Below are positions 29,773 through 39,288 of a stretch of DNA of 64,000 bases, one piece after another; position 1 is the stretch's first letter, and every line of letters begins with the position of its first letter. Below the pieces are notes generated by a model. That model saw nothing but the letters and a program-made list of their open reading frames with translations. It ran no database searches and was not told where the DNA came from. Origin of the DNA: Dehalococcoidia bacterium (lineage in GTDB: Bacteria > Chloroflexota > Dehalococcoidia > Lucifugimonadales > UBA3495). The position numbers and the translations under genes were made by a program. The stretch is from NCBI GenBank assembly GCA_030740155.1, contig JASLXV010000085.1, forward strand, positions 32,001-96,000. The letters are read 5' to 3'.

Positions 29773-30796
29773 TCAGACGCTCTCGGACGTGCCGGACCGC
29801 ACTGCTATACCCATCCACCAGTGGCGTCCCTGACCCCTGCGGCGACGGCGGAAACCAAGACCGGTAAGGGCCCAAGCCAAAATTTCGTTGGCGCCACGGT
29901 TTTGCCCGGTTCTCATCGCACCATCTGAGATACGCAACGTAGAGGTCTCTAGCGGGCGCAGCCTGATCGGAGGATACGAGGCACGCCTCCGCTACGAACC
30001 GATTCAGCGAATTGGCCTCCGGCGGGCCGGTGACAGGGGTGCCGCCATCCGCATCCTCTGGTGTGTCCTCTCCCAGGCCGGGAGGCGGACCGGAATCCTC
30101 TTCCTCCAGGGGGGTTACCCTGCGCCTGCCTCCCACGGTGGTGCCCCGTTGGCCATCGAAGAGCTTGCGGCCGCGGGCCACGTTGATACCCGGTGAACGG
30201 GTCGCCGGTTCCCGGGCCTGATCCGAAGATTCTTGGGGCGCCTCTTCCCCAGTACGGAGCATCCAGGCGTTCTCGGTAGCCGGGTCGGTTAGCCAGTTCT
30301 TCACCACCCGTTGGAAATTGCCGGGGATCTCAACCCCCAAACTGCTGGCGACGCGGTTCATGAAGTTGAACAAACAGGTAACCAGGACGATGGAAAGGAT
30401 ATCCTGCTCGAGGAAGCCCGCGTCCCGCAGCCCATCAAGGACGCCCTCGGTCATGGAGGCCGGCTCCACGGTTACCTTCAGCGCGAAGTCCAGCATCTTG
30501 AGGTCTGGCGCGGACAGTTCCGCCTGAGTGTAGTCGGAGAGCAATTGGCTGGCCAGGCCCGAGTCGCCGGAGTGGCGGCGCACGAATCCTCCGTGGGTCA
30601 AGGCCCCGTACCGGCACTGGTTGGCTACTGCCACTACGGTGGCGATAGCCTCCTCTTGAACTCGGCTCAAGGTCGAACCGCCGAAGGCGAGGGTCTCGTT
30701 CAGCCCTTTGACCGCCTCCAACGCCTCGGGGTTCAACGACAGCGCCTGGAAAATCGCGGGCAAGTCTGGCAGGTTTGCTTCTTCAATCCATGACAT
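29773..30796 (-). CDS. AhpD/carboxymuconolactone decarboxylase-like (peroxidase-related) protein fused to a C-terminal winged-helix; +1 frameshift near 29872
   Basis: N-terminal LSRVQEEAIATVVAVANQCRYG...FNFMNRVASSLG; acidic/Pro linker; RFVAEAC...DLYVAYLRWCDEN...QRNFG continues in the shifted frame as LALTGLGFRRRRRGQGRHWWMGIAVR to TGA at 29773. The unshifted frame ends at 29711. Confidence 0.75.
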
Positions 30797-30927
30797 ATAA
30801 CTGCCTATCGACGAAAACTACCTCTCTAATCCACTCTCCGCCACCGGACTGGAATTTGTCAAGGGTATACGCTGATTCACCCGATTCCCCGATTCGAGTG
30901 TGGTAGTATGGTTCGTGGAGGAAGAAG

Positions 30928-31527
30928 TTGATTGGCGGTTTCCAAGGCCCAAAGAGTCCTGATGTGTACATACGCGACGTGGCGCTACTGCCCGCAGAGA
31001 AGGTAACCCATATCTTCTCCGCCGACCTGGGCCTCGCCGACGAGACCCCGGAGGCCGGGCAGGCTTTGATAACCACCAACCGGCGCATTCTGGCCTTCAC
31101 CAAGCGTGAAGGGCGCGACGTAACCTTCGTGGCCTTCGTTGAAGAGCTGAAGGGCGTGGCCGTGAAGGCCGCGTCCCGAAGGGGCGGATCGCTGCTTCAA
31201 AGCCTGCTGCTGGCGGCAGGAGGAATCCTCCTCTACGTGGCCTTCGCCTACTGGGTGACCGGCCGGATTGGCGGCCCGAACATTCCGATCCTCAACATGG
31301 ACTTTGGGCCTTTCATTTTATTGATCGGGGCGCTGCTCGGCGCGGTATTCATCGGCCGGTACTTCTACAGTCAGGGAGATGGCTCGGTCACTTTCCAGGG
31401 AAGTAGCTGGAACTTTGTTTTCGCCTTCAACGGTAACCTCGCCAGTGAAGATATCTACCGGGTGGTCAACACGCTCTTTGCCACCCGCGACTCCTCCATC
31501 GGCTACTCGCTGCTCTGGAAAGACTGA
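30928..31527 (+). CDS. Hypothetical membrane protein (PH-like beta domain with a two-TM hairpin)
   Basis: GGAGGA SD plus TTG; LITTNRRIL bPH-like motif; two hydrophobic helices. Confidence 0.65.
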   Translation: MIGGFQGPKSPDVYIRDVALLPAEKVTHIFSADLGLADETPEAGQALITTNRRILAFTKREGRDVTFVAFVEELKGVAVKAASRRGGSLLQSLLLAAGGILLYVAFAYWVTGRIGGPNIPILNMDFGPFILLIGALLGAVFIGRYFYSQGDGSVTFQGSSWNFVFAFNGNLASEDIYRVVNTLFATRDSSIGYSLLWKD

Positions 31528-31615
31528 GTACGCATCCACGGCAGAACCGGAGAGATCCGGCCCGCCGATAATGGTGCGCGGCATCGGCCCGGCCCGGGCC
31601 CACGGGCCATCGCCT

Positions 31616-32653
31616 CTAGCCCAGGGGCAGGCTGGGGTCGATGTCCAACTCCATGCCGGACTGCTCTCCCCTCTGATTCATGAAATAGGCGCACGCCGCG
31701 ATCATCGCCCCGTTATCGGTACACAAGACCGGAGGAGGAACGATGACCGGCAAGGGGGAGCGGCGGGTTATTTCCTGACGCAGCCTGGAGTTGGCCGCGA
31801 CGCCTCCACCCAGGATGAGGCCACGAGCCCCATACTTTTTGGCCATGTCCAGCAGCTTGGCCGTCATCACTTCTACCAACGACTCCTGGAAGGCGGCGGC
31901 CAACTCTCGGACCAGGCTGGTGGTGCCGGCCTGGTCCAGGGCCCCACCCCCCGGCGGATAAACCCCTTTGGCCTGGGCCAGGTGCAATAGGGCCGTCTTC
32001 ACGCCGCTGAAGCTGAAGTCCAGCGTATTCTTCATCCAGGCCCGGGGCAACCGCTCGGTTCCGGCCGCTCCCTCGGAGACCCGCTGAATCTCCGGGCCCC
32101 CGGGAAAGCCCAAGCCAAGGATGCGGGCCGCTTTGTCGAAAGCCTCTCCCGCCGCGTCATCCCGGGTGCGGCCCAACAGCTTGTAGACCCCGTGGCCTTC
32201 CATCAGGATCAAGTCAGTGTGCCCGCCGGAGGCCACCAGGCAGGCCAGCGGGAACCCCGGGTCTTCCTCAGGCCGGTTTTCGGTGAGCCAGGAGGCATAG
32301 ATGTGGCCCTCCAGGTGGTTTACCCCGATCATGGGCACGCCAAGGGTGTAGGCAATGGCCTTGGCCGCGTTGAGCCCGGTGATCAGCGACCCGGCCAGCC
32401 CCGGCCCATAGGTGACGGCGACGATGTCGGTTTCCTCCAGCGACTGGCTGCCGTCGGCCAGCGCTTTTTCCAGGACCGGCACGAGGTCCCGGACGTGCTG
32501 GCGGGAGGCCACCTCGGGGACCACGCCTCCAAAGGGGGAGTGCAACTCCACCTGGGATGCGATGACATTGGACCGCAAGCGTCGGCCGTCTTCCACGACG
32601 GCGATCGCCGTTTCATCACAGGACGTCTCGATGCCCAGAATCTTCAGACCCAT
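31616..32653 (-). CDS. tsaD: tRNA N6-threonylcarbamoyltransferase TsaD
   Basis: ILGIETSCDET, GGVVPEVASRQH, NHLEGH, SGGHT, DDAAGEAFDK, TDNGAMIA. Confidence 0.97.
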   Translation of the reverse strand: MGLKILGIETSCDETAIAVVEDGRRLRSNVIASQVELHSPFGGVVPEVASRQHVRDLVPVLEKALADGSQSLEETDIVAVTYGPGLAGSLITGLNAAKAIAYTLGVPMIGVNHLEGHIYASWLTENRPEEDPGFPLACLVASGGHTDLILMEGHGVYKLLGRTRDDAAGEAFDKAARILGLGFPGGPEIQRVSEGAAGTERLPRAWMKNTLDFSFSGVKTALLHLAQAKGVYPPGGGALDQAGTTSLVRELAAAFQESLVEVMTAKLLDMAKKYGARGLILGGGVAANSRLRQEITRRSPLPVIVPPPVLCTDNGAMIAACAYFMNQRGEQSGMELDIDPSLPLG

Positions 32654-32656
32654 TTT

Positions 32657-32691
32657 TCAGCCATCAGCAGTCAGTAGTCAGCAGTCAGCAG
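32657..32691. repeat. Tandem heptamer TCAG(C/T)NN x5 in the tsaD 5' UTR
   Basis: TCAGCCA TCAGCAG TCAGTAG TCAGCAG TCAGCAG, ending 3 nt from the tsaD ATG. Confidence 0.8.
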
Positions 32692-32814
32692 AAACATGAT
32701 ATGGGCCGGCTCCTTGGGCGTCAACTTTACACCCCAACAGGCCGATGCTATTATCGTGGCACAGCCTAGGGTGGGCAGCGCCCCCCCTCCGGCGACTGGA
32801 GGTGTTTCCCGAAA

Positions 32815-34098
32815 ATGGATGCCGCCGACTTATGGAGGCTAGCCCTACTGCTTCTTTGTCTGACCATATCCGGCTTCTTCTCCGCCTCGGAAACTGCCTT
32901 TATCGCCCTCCCCAGGGCGCGGCTGATGCACCTTGTGAACATCGGGCAGCCGGGCGCCGGACGGGTGGCCCATCTCATGCTCCGGCCGGACAAATTTCTG
33001 GCCACGGTGCTGCTGGGCAACAACTTGGTGAACACCGCCGCCGCGGCGTTGGGAACGGTTCTGGCAGTGAGCCTGATCGGCAACACCCCCCTGGCGGTGC
33101 TGGTGGCCACCCTCGGCGTCACCCTGGTTCTGCTGGTATTCGGAGAAACGATGCCCAAGACCATCGCCTGGCAGCGGTCCGAGAAGGTCGCTTTCGCCGT
33201 CTCCCGGCCGCTGGCAATGGTGGAGACGACCTTGGCCCCGGCGACCCGAATACTCCGGCTGGTAAGCTTGGTGACCAACAAAGCCCTGGGCATCAGCGGC
33301 GCTGCTCCCCAGGTGGGGGTGGAGGAGATACGGACCCTCATCGCCGCCGGCGCCCGCTCCGGCACCGTGGAACCGGAGGAAGCCGCCCTACTGGAAAAGG
33401 TCTTCCGGTTCGGAGATCAGCAGATGCGGGAGATAATGACCCCCAGGCCCGAGATCGTGTGGATCGAGCGGGGGACCACGCTGGAAGGGTTCCTGCGGAT
33501 GTACCAGGACCATTCCCACACCCGCTTTCCGGTCTACGAAGGCTCTACCGAGAACGTGGTCGGCGTCCTGGCAATCAAAGATGTGTTCATGGCCATGGGA
33601 CGGGGAGAGCTTGAACTCCAGGACCCCATCACCGGCAATCTGCGGCCGGCCTATTTCGTTCCGGAAACCAAAGCCCTCAGCAGCACCTTTGGCGAGATGC
33701 AGCACAGCGGATATGGCCTGGTGCTGACGGTGGATGAGTTCGGAGGTATCGCCGGCCTCGCCACGCTGAAGCAACTGCTGGAAGTTATCGTGGGTCAGGT
33801 GGGCGAAGAGGGCGCCGCCCCTGATAATGCCTATACCCCGGTGGACGAGCATACCTTCTGGTTGGACGCCGGCGTCGGTATCCTTGAAATCAACGAGGAG
33901 TTGAAGTTGGGCTTGCCGGAAGGAGATTACCAGACGGTGGCCGGGTTTATTCTGGACTGGATGGGGCGGATTCCCGAAGAGGGCGATGTGCTTGAATACC
34001 GCAACTTGAGGTTGACAATTAAGAAGATGGCCGGGGTCCGAATCGATGAAGTCGAGTTGCGCAAAATCCTTGGCGGCCAAGATGGAGATGCCGGATGA
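32815..34098 (+). CDS. Hemolysin/CNNM family (DUF21-CBS-CorC) Mg2+/Co2+ transporter
   Basis: GFFSASETA, GETMPK, EIMTPR, HTRFPV, VDEFGG, YQTVAG. Confidence 0.93.
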   Translation: MDAADLWRLALLLLCLTISGFFSASETAFIALPRARLMHLVNIGQPGAGRVAHLMLRPDKFLATVLLGNNLVNTAAAALGTVLAVSLIGNTPLAVLVATLGVTLVLLVFGETMPKTIAWQRSEKVAFAVSRPLAMVETTLAPATRILRLVSLVTNKALGISGAAPQVGVEEIRTLIAAGARSGTVEPEEAALLEKVFRFGDQQMREIMTPRPEIVWIERGTTLEGFLRMYQDHSHTRFPVYEGSTENVVGVLAIKDVFMAMGRGELELQDPITGNLRPAYFVPETKALSSTFGEMQHSGYGLVLTVDEFGGIAGLATLKQLLEVIVGQVGEEGAAPDNAYTPVDEHTFWLDAGVGILEINEELKLGLPEGDYQTVAGFILDWMGRIPEEGDVLEYRNLRLTIKKMAGVRIDEVELRKILGGQDGDAG

Positions 34099-34712
34099 AG
34101 CTGGTCTTGGTGCGCCACGGCGAAACCGAATGGAACAAGCTGGGCAGGTTCCAAGGGCATCACGATGTCGAATTGAACGAAAAGGGAGCGGCTCAAGCCC
34201 GGGAGACGGCCCAGGCCGTGGCCAAATGGCAGCACTCAGCGGTCTTCTCCAGCCCCCTGCATCGTGCGATGCGGGTTGCCGAAGAGATATCGCTACTGAG
34301 CGGAATGCCCGTGGTGCCGGTGCCGGAGTTCATGGAGCTGAAGCTGGGCGACCTGGAGGGGATCACCGGCGCAGATTTACGAAAGACCTGGCCCGAACTC
34401 TCAACCACCTGGCGAAGTGACCCGGGCCGGGTGGTGATGCCCAACGGCGAGTCTTTGGCCCAGCTTCAGGAACGGGCCTGGTGCGCCCTCATCGACCTGG
34501 AGCAGAACCACCAGGGAGATGAGACCGTGATCGTCGTATCCCATAATTTTGCCATACGGACCATGATCGGCAAGCTTCTGGGGATGCCGCTTTCCAACTT
34601 CCATCGCATGTCGCTGAACTTGGCCTCCATCTGTGTCATCGAATGCGACCGGCGGGGCCGGCGGCTGATTTCCTACAACTCCACCTTTCACCTGTCCCCC
34701 GAAAACCGGTAG
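34095..34712 (+). CDS. Histidine phosphatase family protein
   Basis: LVRHGETEWN, SSPL.RA, GESL, VVSH; ATGA overlap with the upstream gene. Confidence 0.92.
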   Translation: MKLVLVRHGETEWNKLGRFQGHHDVELNEKGAAQARETAQAVAKWQHSAVFSSPLHRAMRVAEEISLLSGMPVVPVPEFMELKLGDLEGITGADLRKTWPELSTTWRSDPGRVVMPNGESLAQLQERAWCALIDLEQNHQGDETVIVVSHNFAIRTMIGKLLGMPLSNFHRMSLNLASICVIECDRRGRRLISYNSTFHLSPENR

Positions 34713-34721
34713 GGAAAACCC

Positions 34722-36251
34722 ATGGCCTCGGTCTCCAGGCTGGAAAGGCAGGTGGCCGGCGCACTAGTCCGGGCGGGCTATTCCGGCAGTGACACCGTCC
34801 TGGTGGTGGCAGTGTCGGGCGGTTCCGACTCGTTGGCCCTTCTCCATTGCCTGCACCGCCTCAGCAATTCGCACCGCCTCCATCTGCACGTGGTCCACCT
34901 GAATCACGACTTCCGCGGTGAGGAGGCGTTCGCCGACGCCCGGTTCGTGGCGGCGGCGGCCCAGGAGTTGGGATGGCCGGCAACGGTGGAGGAGCGCGAT
35001 GTCGCGGCCCTTCAGCGGGAGCGGCGCATCTCTTCCTTCGAGCAGGCGGCGCGGGAGTTGCGATACTCTTTCCTGGCCGAGGTGGCGGCCAAGGTTGGGG
35101 CCGCCGCCGTGACGACCGGCCACACCGCCGACGACCAGGCCGAGACCGTGCTGATGCATATCCTCCGGGGCGCGGGCCTCCATGGGCTGCGGGGCATGCC
35201 CGAGCTTTCCCTTTGGCCCTGGCCCGGTGATGGCCTCGGCCTTCGTCTGTTCCGTCCCCTGCTCCAGGCAACCAAGACGGAAACCGTGGCTTACTGCCGG
35301 GCCCTGGGGCTCGGCTACCGGGACGATACCGGGAACTACCTCCATCGCTTTACCCGGAACCGGGTCCGCCATGATCTACTGCCGTTGCTGGAATCTGAGT
35401 ACAACCCCGGAGTACGGGAGTCCCTGGCCCGGCTGGCCCGGACCGCGGCGCTGGAAACAGACTACCTGGAGAAAGAGGTGGCCCGGTTGTGGCCTGAGGT
35501 AGCGGACCAGGAGGCCGGGGCCGTGGTCTTCGGTCAACCGGCTTTGTCCTCCCTGCACCCGGCGCTCCGGAGGTTGCTGCTGCGCCGGGGCTATGAGCAT
35601 CTGACGGGGGACACCCGCAGGCTGGGAGAGGGGCATCTGGCCGCGATGGACAAGCTGGCGGGGGACATGGCGGCGGGCCGCAGCCTGGACCTGCCGGGCG
35701 GCCTGAAGCTTCATAGCACCTACGGCTATCTGCGCCTCTCCCGAGATATTGCTCTACCCTGTCCGTTCCCGGGACTGGGCGGAGAACATCGCCTGGTTTT
35801 GCCCTCCGGTGGGGATCCGGAGGTGGCCGCCGAAGCCGGTCCGTGGCGGGTATCCTTCCGAGTCGGATGCCCCCCCAGGATACCCTTCGAAGACCCGTCT
35901 GCCCGGCCTTTCACGGCGGAGGGGAGAGGTCTGGCAGGAGTCGCGTCCTGGTCCGCCTGGCTGGACAGCGGGTGCTTGGGCGACGCGGTGCAAATCCGCA
36001 CCCGGGCGCCCGGCGACCGGTTTCAGCCGCTTGGCATGGACCAGGACAAGAAGCTCCAGGACTTCTTCACCGACGCTCGAGTGCCGGGAGACTGGCGTGA
36101 CCGGGTCCCGTTGCTGGTCTCAAGCCGGGGCATCGCCTGGGTCGTCGGCTACCGCATCGCTCACTGGGCCAGGCTCCGGGAAGGGGGACCGGCTTCGGTG
36201 GAGGCCGTGAGGGTAGAGTTTGAAGCTATTGGTGGTCACGGCCGGCCCTGA
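34722..36251 (+). CDS. tilS: tRNA(Ile)-lysidine synthetase
   Basis: AVSGGSDS PP-loop, ARELRY, GHTADDQAET, RPLL, RNRVR, C-terminal KKLQDFF...R.RVPLL. Confidence 0.95.
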   Translation: MASVSRLERQVAGALVRAGYSGSDTVLVVAVSGGSDSLALLHCLHRLSNSHRLHLHVVHLNHDFRGEEAFADARFVAAAAQELGWPATVEERDVAALQRERRISSFEQAARELRYSFLAEVAAKVGAAAVTTGHTADDQAETVLMHILRGAGLHGLRGMPELSLWPWPGDGLGLRLFRPLLQATKTETVAYCRALGLGYRDDTGNYLHRFTRNRVRHDLLPLLESEYNPGVRESLARLARTAALETDYLEKEVARLWPEVADQEAGAVVFGQPALSSLHPALRRLLLRRGYEHLTGDTRRLGEGHLAAMDKLAGDMAAGRSLDLPGGLKLHSTYGYLRLSRDIALPCPFPGLGGEHRLVLPSGGDPEVAAEAGPWRVSFRVGCPPRIPFEDPSARPFTAEGRGLAGVASWSAWLDSGCLGDAVQIRTRAPGDRFQPLGMDQDKKLQDFFTDARVPGDWRDRVPLLVSSRGIAWVVGYRIAHWARLREGGPASVEAVRVEFEAIGGHGRP

Positions 36252-36328
36252 TTAGCGGCCGGGCCGCCGGTGGCCTCGAGGGCTAATTCCAACCGGCGAC
36301 GCGCGGCACTCCCGTAGCCTATTCCGGC

Positions 36329-37171
36329 CTACAGCCCCAGCAAGCGGGCCGGGTTGTCTTTCACCAGCATTCCCACCTCCACCTCTTCCATGCCGGCTTG
36401 AAGCAGGGTGGCGATGCCCATCCGAAGCCCTTCGGCGGGCATCGGGTGGTAGTCCTGGCCGAAGTCGGTGCTCACGATGCAGTTCTCGGGGCCGATGGCG
36501 GAGATGGTCTCCGCCAGTTCCTTGGGGTTGAGACGGCAAGTAACCGGCATCATAACGTGCACGCAGTGCTCGATGTAGGCCCCCATGCCGGCCAGGGTTT
36601 TCATGTCATCCAGCGTCATCCCCGTCCAGAAGGACATAGTCGTGGCATGGGTCACCACGATGCGGCCGATCCCCAGGTTGCGGGCTTCAGCTACCAACAC
36701 CATGCTCTCCGGCGTGGAGAGATGGCCGGTGGCCAGGATCAGGTCGTGGGCCTTGACAACCTCCAGGACGGCGTACGCTTCGGGCACCAGCCGGCCCCGC
36801 TCGTCGAGCACGGAGATGCCGCCGTTGAGGCCCCTACGCTGATGGTCGGCTCGGGCCGAGAAGGTGGGCATCCAGACCAGCCGGCCACCCATCGCGGCGC
36901 TGCATTCCACCGCCATCGGGTTCAGGCCGCCCACCTGTACGTCCAATGCTACCCCGCCAATCAGGGTAATGCCGGGTACGGCCTGACTGGCGGTATACGC
37001 CACCGGGTGGGTGAGATACTCGTGGCTCTTGAAGACAACGCCCCGCATTCCCATATCCCGGGCTTGCTGGGCGATTTCTATGGCGCCACCCCGTCGTTCC
37101 ACCTTGGGGTCCGGCGCAAAGTGAACGTGGATGTCAAGGGCACCTTCGAGGAGCCGGTCTACGTTGCTCAT
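36329..37171 (-). CDS. Amidohydrolase-related TIM-barrel protein (DUF6282-like)
   Basis: DIHVHFAPD, FKSH, GGLNP, WMPT, ATGH, THA, STDFGQ. Confidence 0.8.
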   Translation of the reverse strand: MSNVDRLLEGALDIHVHFAPDPKVERRGGAIEIAQQARDMGMRGVVFKSHEYLTHPVAYTASQAVPGITLIGGVALDVQVGGLNPMAVECSAAMGGRLVWMPTFSARADHQRRGLNGGISVLDERGRLVPEAYAVLEVVKAHDLILATGHLSTPESMVLVAEARNLGIGRIVVTHATTMSFWTGMTLDDMKTLAGMGAYIEHCVHVMMPVTCRLNPKELAETISAIGPENCIVSTDFGQDYHPMPAEGLRMGIATLLQAGMEEVEVGMLVKDNPARLLGL

Positions 37172-37560
37172 GGTATCCTTTCATGCCCTTTAGAGCCGCG
37201 CCGCCAAGCGGCCACCGGCCAGGGTCCGGTTCGCCGTGGAGAAGCTGACAGCCGGGGCGAAGTTGCGCCGGCTCAAGCCGGGGGCGGCCTGATGACCGGC
37301 GTATGCCTTCGAGATTTAACCCGATTGTAGGTTACCCGGCTATTGAAGTCAAAGTACCCGCACGCGGAATTTCCGGTGCATCCGGACCTGCGGCCCCGGT
37401 TGCTATCGGCAAGCGCCACTCCATGATACGCATCAAGGCCGGTGACGACCGGGCGCCGAACCACGGCCGGACGCCCGGTTCGCGAGTGGCTTTGGAGTAC
37501 AGGATGCTTGGGTGGCGTGCAAATACCCGAGTAGCCAGGCTGCTACCCGTGTCCGAAGCC

Positions 37561-38712
37561 CTACGGGGCCCAGGAAGGCGACTGATCCACGCCGGGGTAG
37601 CTGGTGATGTTCGTCTGGCCGGAGCCGTCGGCGTTCATCACGTATACCTCGGCGTTGTCGCCCCGGTAGGTGGTGAAGGCGATCCTGGAGCCGTCGGGCG
37701 ACCAACTCGGCCCTTCATCCGTGCCTGGGTTGCTGGTTAGTTTGGTGACCCCGGAGCCGTCGGCGTTCATTACGTAGATCTCGGCGAATCCGGTCCGGTC
37801 GGAGTGGAAGGCGATCGTTGCGCCGTCGGGCGACCAGGAAGGCTCCCGGTCCGAGCCCGGGTCGTTGGTTAGCCTGGTGACTTCGGAGCCGTCGGTGCTC
37901 ATGACGTAGATCTCGGCGTAGCCGTCGCGCCAGGAGTAGAAGGCGATCGAGGCGCCGTCGGGCGACCATGAAGGGTGGGCGTCGAATGCGGGTTCATCGG
38001 TCAGCCTGGTTACTTCAGCGCCGTCGGCGTTCATCATGTAAATCTCGGCGTTGCCATCCCGCGAGGAGTAGAAGACGATTCTGGAGCCGTCGGGCGACCA
38101 AGAAGGCTCCCGGTCCACCCCCGGATCGTCGGTCAGCCTGGTGACGCCGGAGCCGTCGGCGTTCATCACGTAGATACTCTGGTTGCCGTCGCGAGTGGAG
38201 GCAAAGACAATCTTGGCGCCGTCGGGAGACCAGGAAGGGAACTCGTCGTCGGCCGGGTCCTGGGTAAGCCTCTCAACTCTGGAGCCGTCGGCGTTCATCG
38301 CGTATACGTCGTACTTGCCGTCCCGCCTGGACGCGAAGGTGATGCGGTCTTGAAGCTGGGGCGCAGCGGGCGCCGGCGACGGAGCGGCGGTGGCGGGGAG
38401 GGGAATCGAAGTATTGCCGGGAGTGGGAGTGGGAGTGGGGGCCGGAGCAGGCGTCGGCGCCGGAAGTGCGGTCGGGGTTGCGGTGGGCACGGGGGCCGGA
38501 GCGGTCGTGGCCGTTGGCGTAAGCGTGGGAGTTACCACGGGAGGTGTAACTGCGGGAAGGGGCGTCGGCGTGGATACCCTTTGACAGGCCGCCAGGATAA
38601 GCGCCAAAGATAGAATTACGCCAATCGGAACCAATTGCTGAAGTCTGCGGGCGATTATTGTGGCTCTTCCTTGTGGCTCTTCCTTGTGGCGCTGGTCGAT
38701 TCTGCCGGTCAC
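37561..38712 (-). CDS. Lipoprotein with Pro/Thr-rich linker and TolB-like PD40 beta-propeller
   Basis: LAAC lipobox, PTPT linker, six repeats of about 44 aa (PSWSPDG..I.F.S.RDG..EIYVMNADGS..TRLT). Start codon uncertain. Confidence 0.85.
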   Translation of the reverse strand: MTGRIDQRHKEEPQGRATIIARRLQQLVPIGVILSLALILAACQRVSTPTPLPAVTPPVVTPTLTPTATTAPAPVPTATPTALPAPTPAPAPTPTPTPGNTSIPLPATAAPSPAPAAPQLQDRITFASRRDGKYDVYAMNADGSRVERLTQDPADDEFPSWSPDGAKIVFASTRDGNQSIYVMNADGSGVTRLTDDPGVDREPSWSPDGSRIVFYSSRDGNAEIYMMNADGAEVTRLTDEPAFDAHPSWSPDGASIAFYSWRDGYAEIYVMSTDGSEVTRLTNDPGSDREPSWSPDGATIAFHSDRTGFAEIYVMNADGSGVTKLTSNPGTDEGPSWSPDGSRIAFTTYRGDNAEVYVMNADGSGQTNITSYPGVDQSPSWAP

Positions 38713-38816
38713 CGGCTCTATTCTACATCCGGCTGTCCAGCGGCTGCCAGAGATTTCACTGCCCTGGATTCAAGGGAGTCACATTGACTGCCCCAAAGGG
38801 GGATGGTATATCTATT

Positions 38817-38850
38817 CTTGGAACTTGGAACTTGGAACTTGGAACTTGGA
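38817..38850. repeat. Tandem heptamer CTTGGAA x~5
   Basis: Perfect tandem tract between a TTGACT-17-TATATC promoter candidate and ATG 38863. Confidence 0.85.
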
Positions 38851-38862
38851 TGGTGTAACCGC

Positions 38863-39288
38863 ATGGCTACTTCGGCGCCAAAGGAATTCGACTACCACTC
38901 GATAGAAATCGGCGAGGATCTGGGGTCCTACGAGTACGTCCTCAGCCAAGAGACGCTCGACAACTTTCGGCAGGCGGTAGACGATCCCGACGCGCGATAC
39001 CCCACCATCGCGGTCAAACACGACCTGACCGCGTTTTTCAAGAGCTACAACGACTCCACCGGTGGCGTCAACGCGGGAAATGAAACCGAATTCTTCAACC
39101 CGCCCGTCCCCGGCAAGAAGATCAAGGTCTTGGCTCGAATCGCCGACAAGTACTCGCGCCGGGACAAGCCCTACCTGGTGACCGAGGCTACGGCCGTCGA
39201 CGAAGACGGGCGGCTGCTGGAGATAACTCGCACCTACATGATGAAGAAACCCGACGAACTGGGAAAGAAGTGGCAGCCTAAGAGCTAG
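38863..39288 (+). CDS. MaoC-like hotdog-fold dehydratase
   Basis: IEIGEDL, FRQAVDD, EFFNPPVPG, KYSRRDKPYL...DEDGRLL. Confidence 0.75.
   Translation: MATSAPKEFDYHSIEIGEDLGSYEYVLSQETLDNFRQAVDDPDARYPTIAVKHDLTAFFKSYNDSTGGVNAGNETEFFNPPVPGKKIKVLARIADKYSRRDKPYLVTEATAVDEDGRLLEITRTYMMKKPDELGKKWQPKS

Noticed and set aside
30600..30620. Selenocysteine at the AhpD CxxU position
   Set aside because: The codon is GGG (Gly), not TGA.
37570..38340. Regular ~132-bp repeats as a possible CRISPR array
   Set aside because: They are in-frame coding repeats of a beta-propeller; there are no unique spacers and no cas genes.
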